From NCBI GenBank assembly GCA_965205865.1, contig CBDBHR010000030.1, positions 864,001 through 928,000 of the forward strand: a stretch of 64,000 nucleotides of DNA, given 5' to 3'. Of the stretch, positions 62,273-64,000 are shown in pieces. Source of the stretch: a bacterium (GTDB lineage Bacteria > SAR324 > NAC60-12). Each line of letters opens with the position of its first letter. The first letter of the stretch is position 1. The notes under the pieces were generated by a model. That model did not search any database and was not told where the DNA came from. It saw only the letters and a list, made by a program, of their open reading frames with translations. A program made the translations under genes and the position numbers.

Positions 62273-64000
62273 CTAATGCCCCATTGATTTCTTCAACTCC
62301 TGATCAATCCAGAGGCGGGCAAAGTGTGTATTACGTTCAGAGTATCCCAGACTCCATTCACCGGCATAACCCTCGACCCACGGCTGGCTCACGCTAAAAT
62401 GAGGGGATTGGGCTCTAACCAGGCCCCAGTGCTCCCTTACAGTTTTCTCATCGACCTGTCGATGATAGCTCATCCACTCCTCCGCTGTGGTAGCATTCGC
62501 CATGCCGGCCATCAGGGCGTCCATTTCCGGGTCTTTCGCTTTGCTCCAGCTCCAATTATACTTGGAGGGGGTAAGTACTATCGCATATACATACGTGCCG
62601 GGGACAGCTAGCGGATATGCCGCCCAATTACTCGTCACGAACTCCATCGTCTCCGCCTCGACGATAGGTAGCAACTCAGGGTCAGTAATCACAACCATCT
62701 CGCTATTAATGCCAATGGCGTCGAAGTACGCCAAGATGATTTCTGAATAGTCCTCGTCGTACCTCGCGAAATGGCCAAACTTGACCGTCATTCTATAGCC
62801 GTCGGCGCCACGTGGATATCCAGCCGCATCAAGGAGTTCCTCGGCCCTTTCCGGATTATAGGTATATTCTGCCTTAATCTCGTCGGGCCAGTCTTCATAT
62901 GGCCAGGCAAACCCTGTAGAAGATTGAGCTAAAAACCCATGAGGGCCTGCAATTCCCCAACCCTTAAAGAAGGTATCGGCAATTGTCTCGTGGTCCAGTG
63001 ACATCTGCAGTGCCTTGCGCACATTGACGTCGTCAAAGGGCGGCAGAGACTGGTTAAAAACATCACCTCCAAATGCACGATAAATGGGCCAGAACTCGAT
63101 TTCAGGGTTGGTCTTCTGGAGGCTGGTTATATGGTCGATATTGGATATTTGAGCGTCGCCGGTATTACTTATCATATCAATCCTACCCGTGCGCATTGCC
63201 GCCAGACGTGCTGAATCGTCTGGTATAAGGAGGGACCTTAACACGTCAATATAGGGCAGGCGGTTCTCCGGGAATTTTTCGTCGTAACCCCAGTAGTTGG
63301 GATTCTTCTCCCAGGTTGCCGAGCTGCCCTCGACGTGATCAGTCAGTCGATAGGGCCCGGTGCCGACCACGTTTCGCCAATCCGCATAGTCTCCGTATTT
63401 CTCGATTACCTCGGGGGCTAATATGTAATTAGCGTTGTGGGTCATAGCAAACAACAAATCGGGTTTAGGCTTCGCCAGCTTAAACTCAACCGTCCATTCG
63501 TCGGTGGCCGTTACCGATGATTCCTCTAGACCCTGAGTCATATATCCCAGGGGGCTGGGTCCGTCTTCGGTGAAATCGCCCTGACCCAAATAACGGTGAT
63601 AGTTAAATACCACATCATCGGCAGTCAGCTCCCGACCGTTCATCGGCGCCTTATCATGCCAGTAAACGCCCTGGCGGATGTGGAAGATGAACGTTGTGGC
63701 GTCGGGCATTTCCCAGCTTTCAGCCAGAGCCCCTCTGTACATCTCCGGGCCCGTATAAGTCCAGGCCAGGTCAACCACCTTTTCCCTGGATACTGCCCAG
63801 TCGCCGAAGGCTAGCTTCTCATTAACGCCACTGATGAAGTGAGGCCCCCAGCCACCAACCGAATACGGGTCAGTACTCTTAGGGAACTGCTTATGGGCCC
63901 AGGTGAGTGTCCCGCCATACTGTGGCGCAGTCCATGTCATGCCGGTGGCGGGGTCCGTCACATACTCCTGGGCTGCGGCCGGACTGACCCAAAAGGCGGC
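62273..64000 (-). CDS. ABC peptide/nickel-family substrate-binding protein (5' end outside window)
   Basis: Family-5 SBP motifs. Confidence 0.95.
   Translation of the reverse strand, partial: AAFWVSPAAAQEYVTDPATGMTWTAPQYGGTLTWAHKQFPKSTDPYSVGGWGPHFISGVNEKLAFGDWAVSREKVVDLAWTYTGPEMYRGALAESWEMPDATTFIFHIRQGVYWHDKAPMNGRELTADDVVFNYHRYLGQGDFTEDGPSPLGYMTQGLEESSVTATDEWTVEFKLAKPKPDLLFAMTHNANYILAPEVIEKYGDYADWRNVVGTGPYRLTDHVEGSSATWEKNPNYWGYDEKFPENRLPYIDVLRSLLIPDDSARLAAMRTGRIDMISNTGDAQISNIDHITSLQKTNPEIEFWPIYRAFGGDVFNQSLPPFDDVNVRKALQMSLDHETIADTFFKGWGIAGPHGFLAQSSTGFAWPYEDWPDEIKAEYTYNPERAEELLDAAGYPRGADGYRMTVKFGHFARYDEDYSEIILAYFDAIGINSEMVVITDPELLPIVEAETMEFVTSNWAAYPLAVPGTYVYAIVLTPSKYNWSWSKAKDPEMDALMAGMANATTAEEWMSYHRQVDEKTVREHWGLVRAQSPHFSVSQPWVEGYAGEWSLGYSERNTHFARLWIDQELKKSMGH

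Overview
Bacterial accessory region in three parts. (1) 1-39.8 kb and 60-64 kb: a heavily amplified, partly decayed array of peptide/nickel-family (SBP_bac_5) ABC-transporter genes with no ATPase genes. Six times, a near-identical cassette sits in front of a substrate-binding gene whose mature body is divergent. The cassette is [REP-bounded RAYT remnant - Rpn C-terminal fragment - sigma70-like promoter - 201-aa ECF sigma - 2-3 tandem 137/151-bp repeats carrying the sigma 3' end plus a putative ECF promoter - structured leader - signal peptide]. Interspersed are TA pairs, a group II intron, IS91/IS1 remnants, two tmRNA-3'-end att-like sites and an integrase-less attC cluster. (2) 40-48.7 kb: ordinary metabolic genes (M20 amidohydrolase, membrane hydrolase, frameshifted degenerate 7TM-cyclase, Liv-type ABC operon). 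(3) 49-59 kb: an unannotated, highly structured ~300-nt element containing a tRNA-like cloverleaf, about 600 bp upstream of a type I-C CRISPR-Cas locus. In that locus cas4 and cas1 have collapsed into one in-frame remnant and the short array is aberrant. More attC cassettes and a sterol-desaturase-family gene follow. All calls were made by eye with no database searches. Several 1-bp frameshifts and chimeric junctions could be assembly artefacts and need read-level confirmation.
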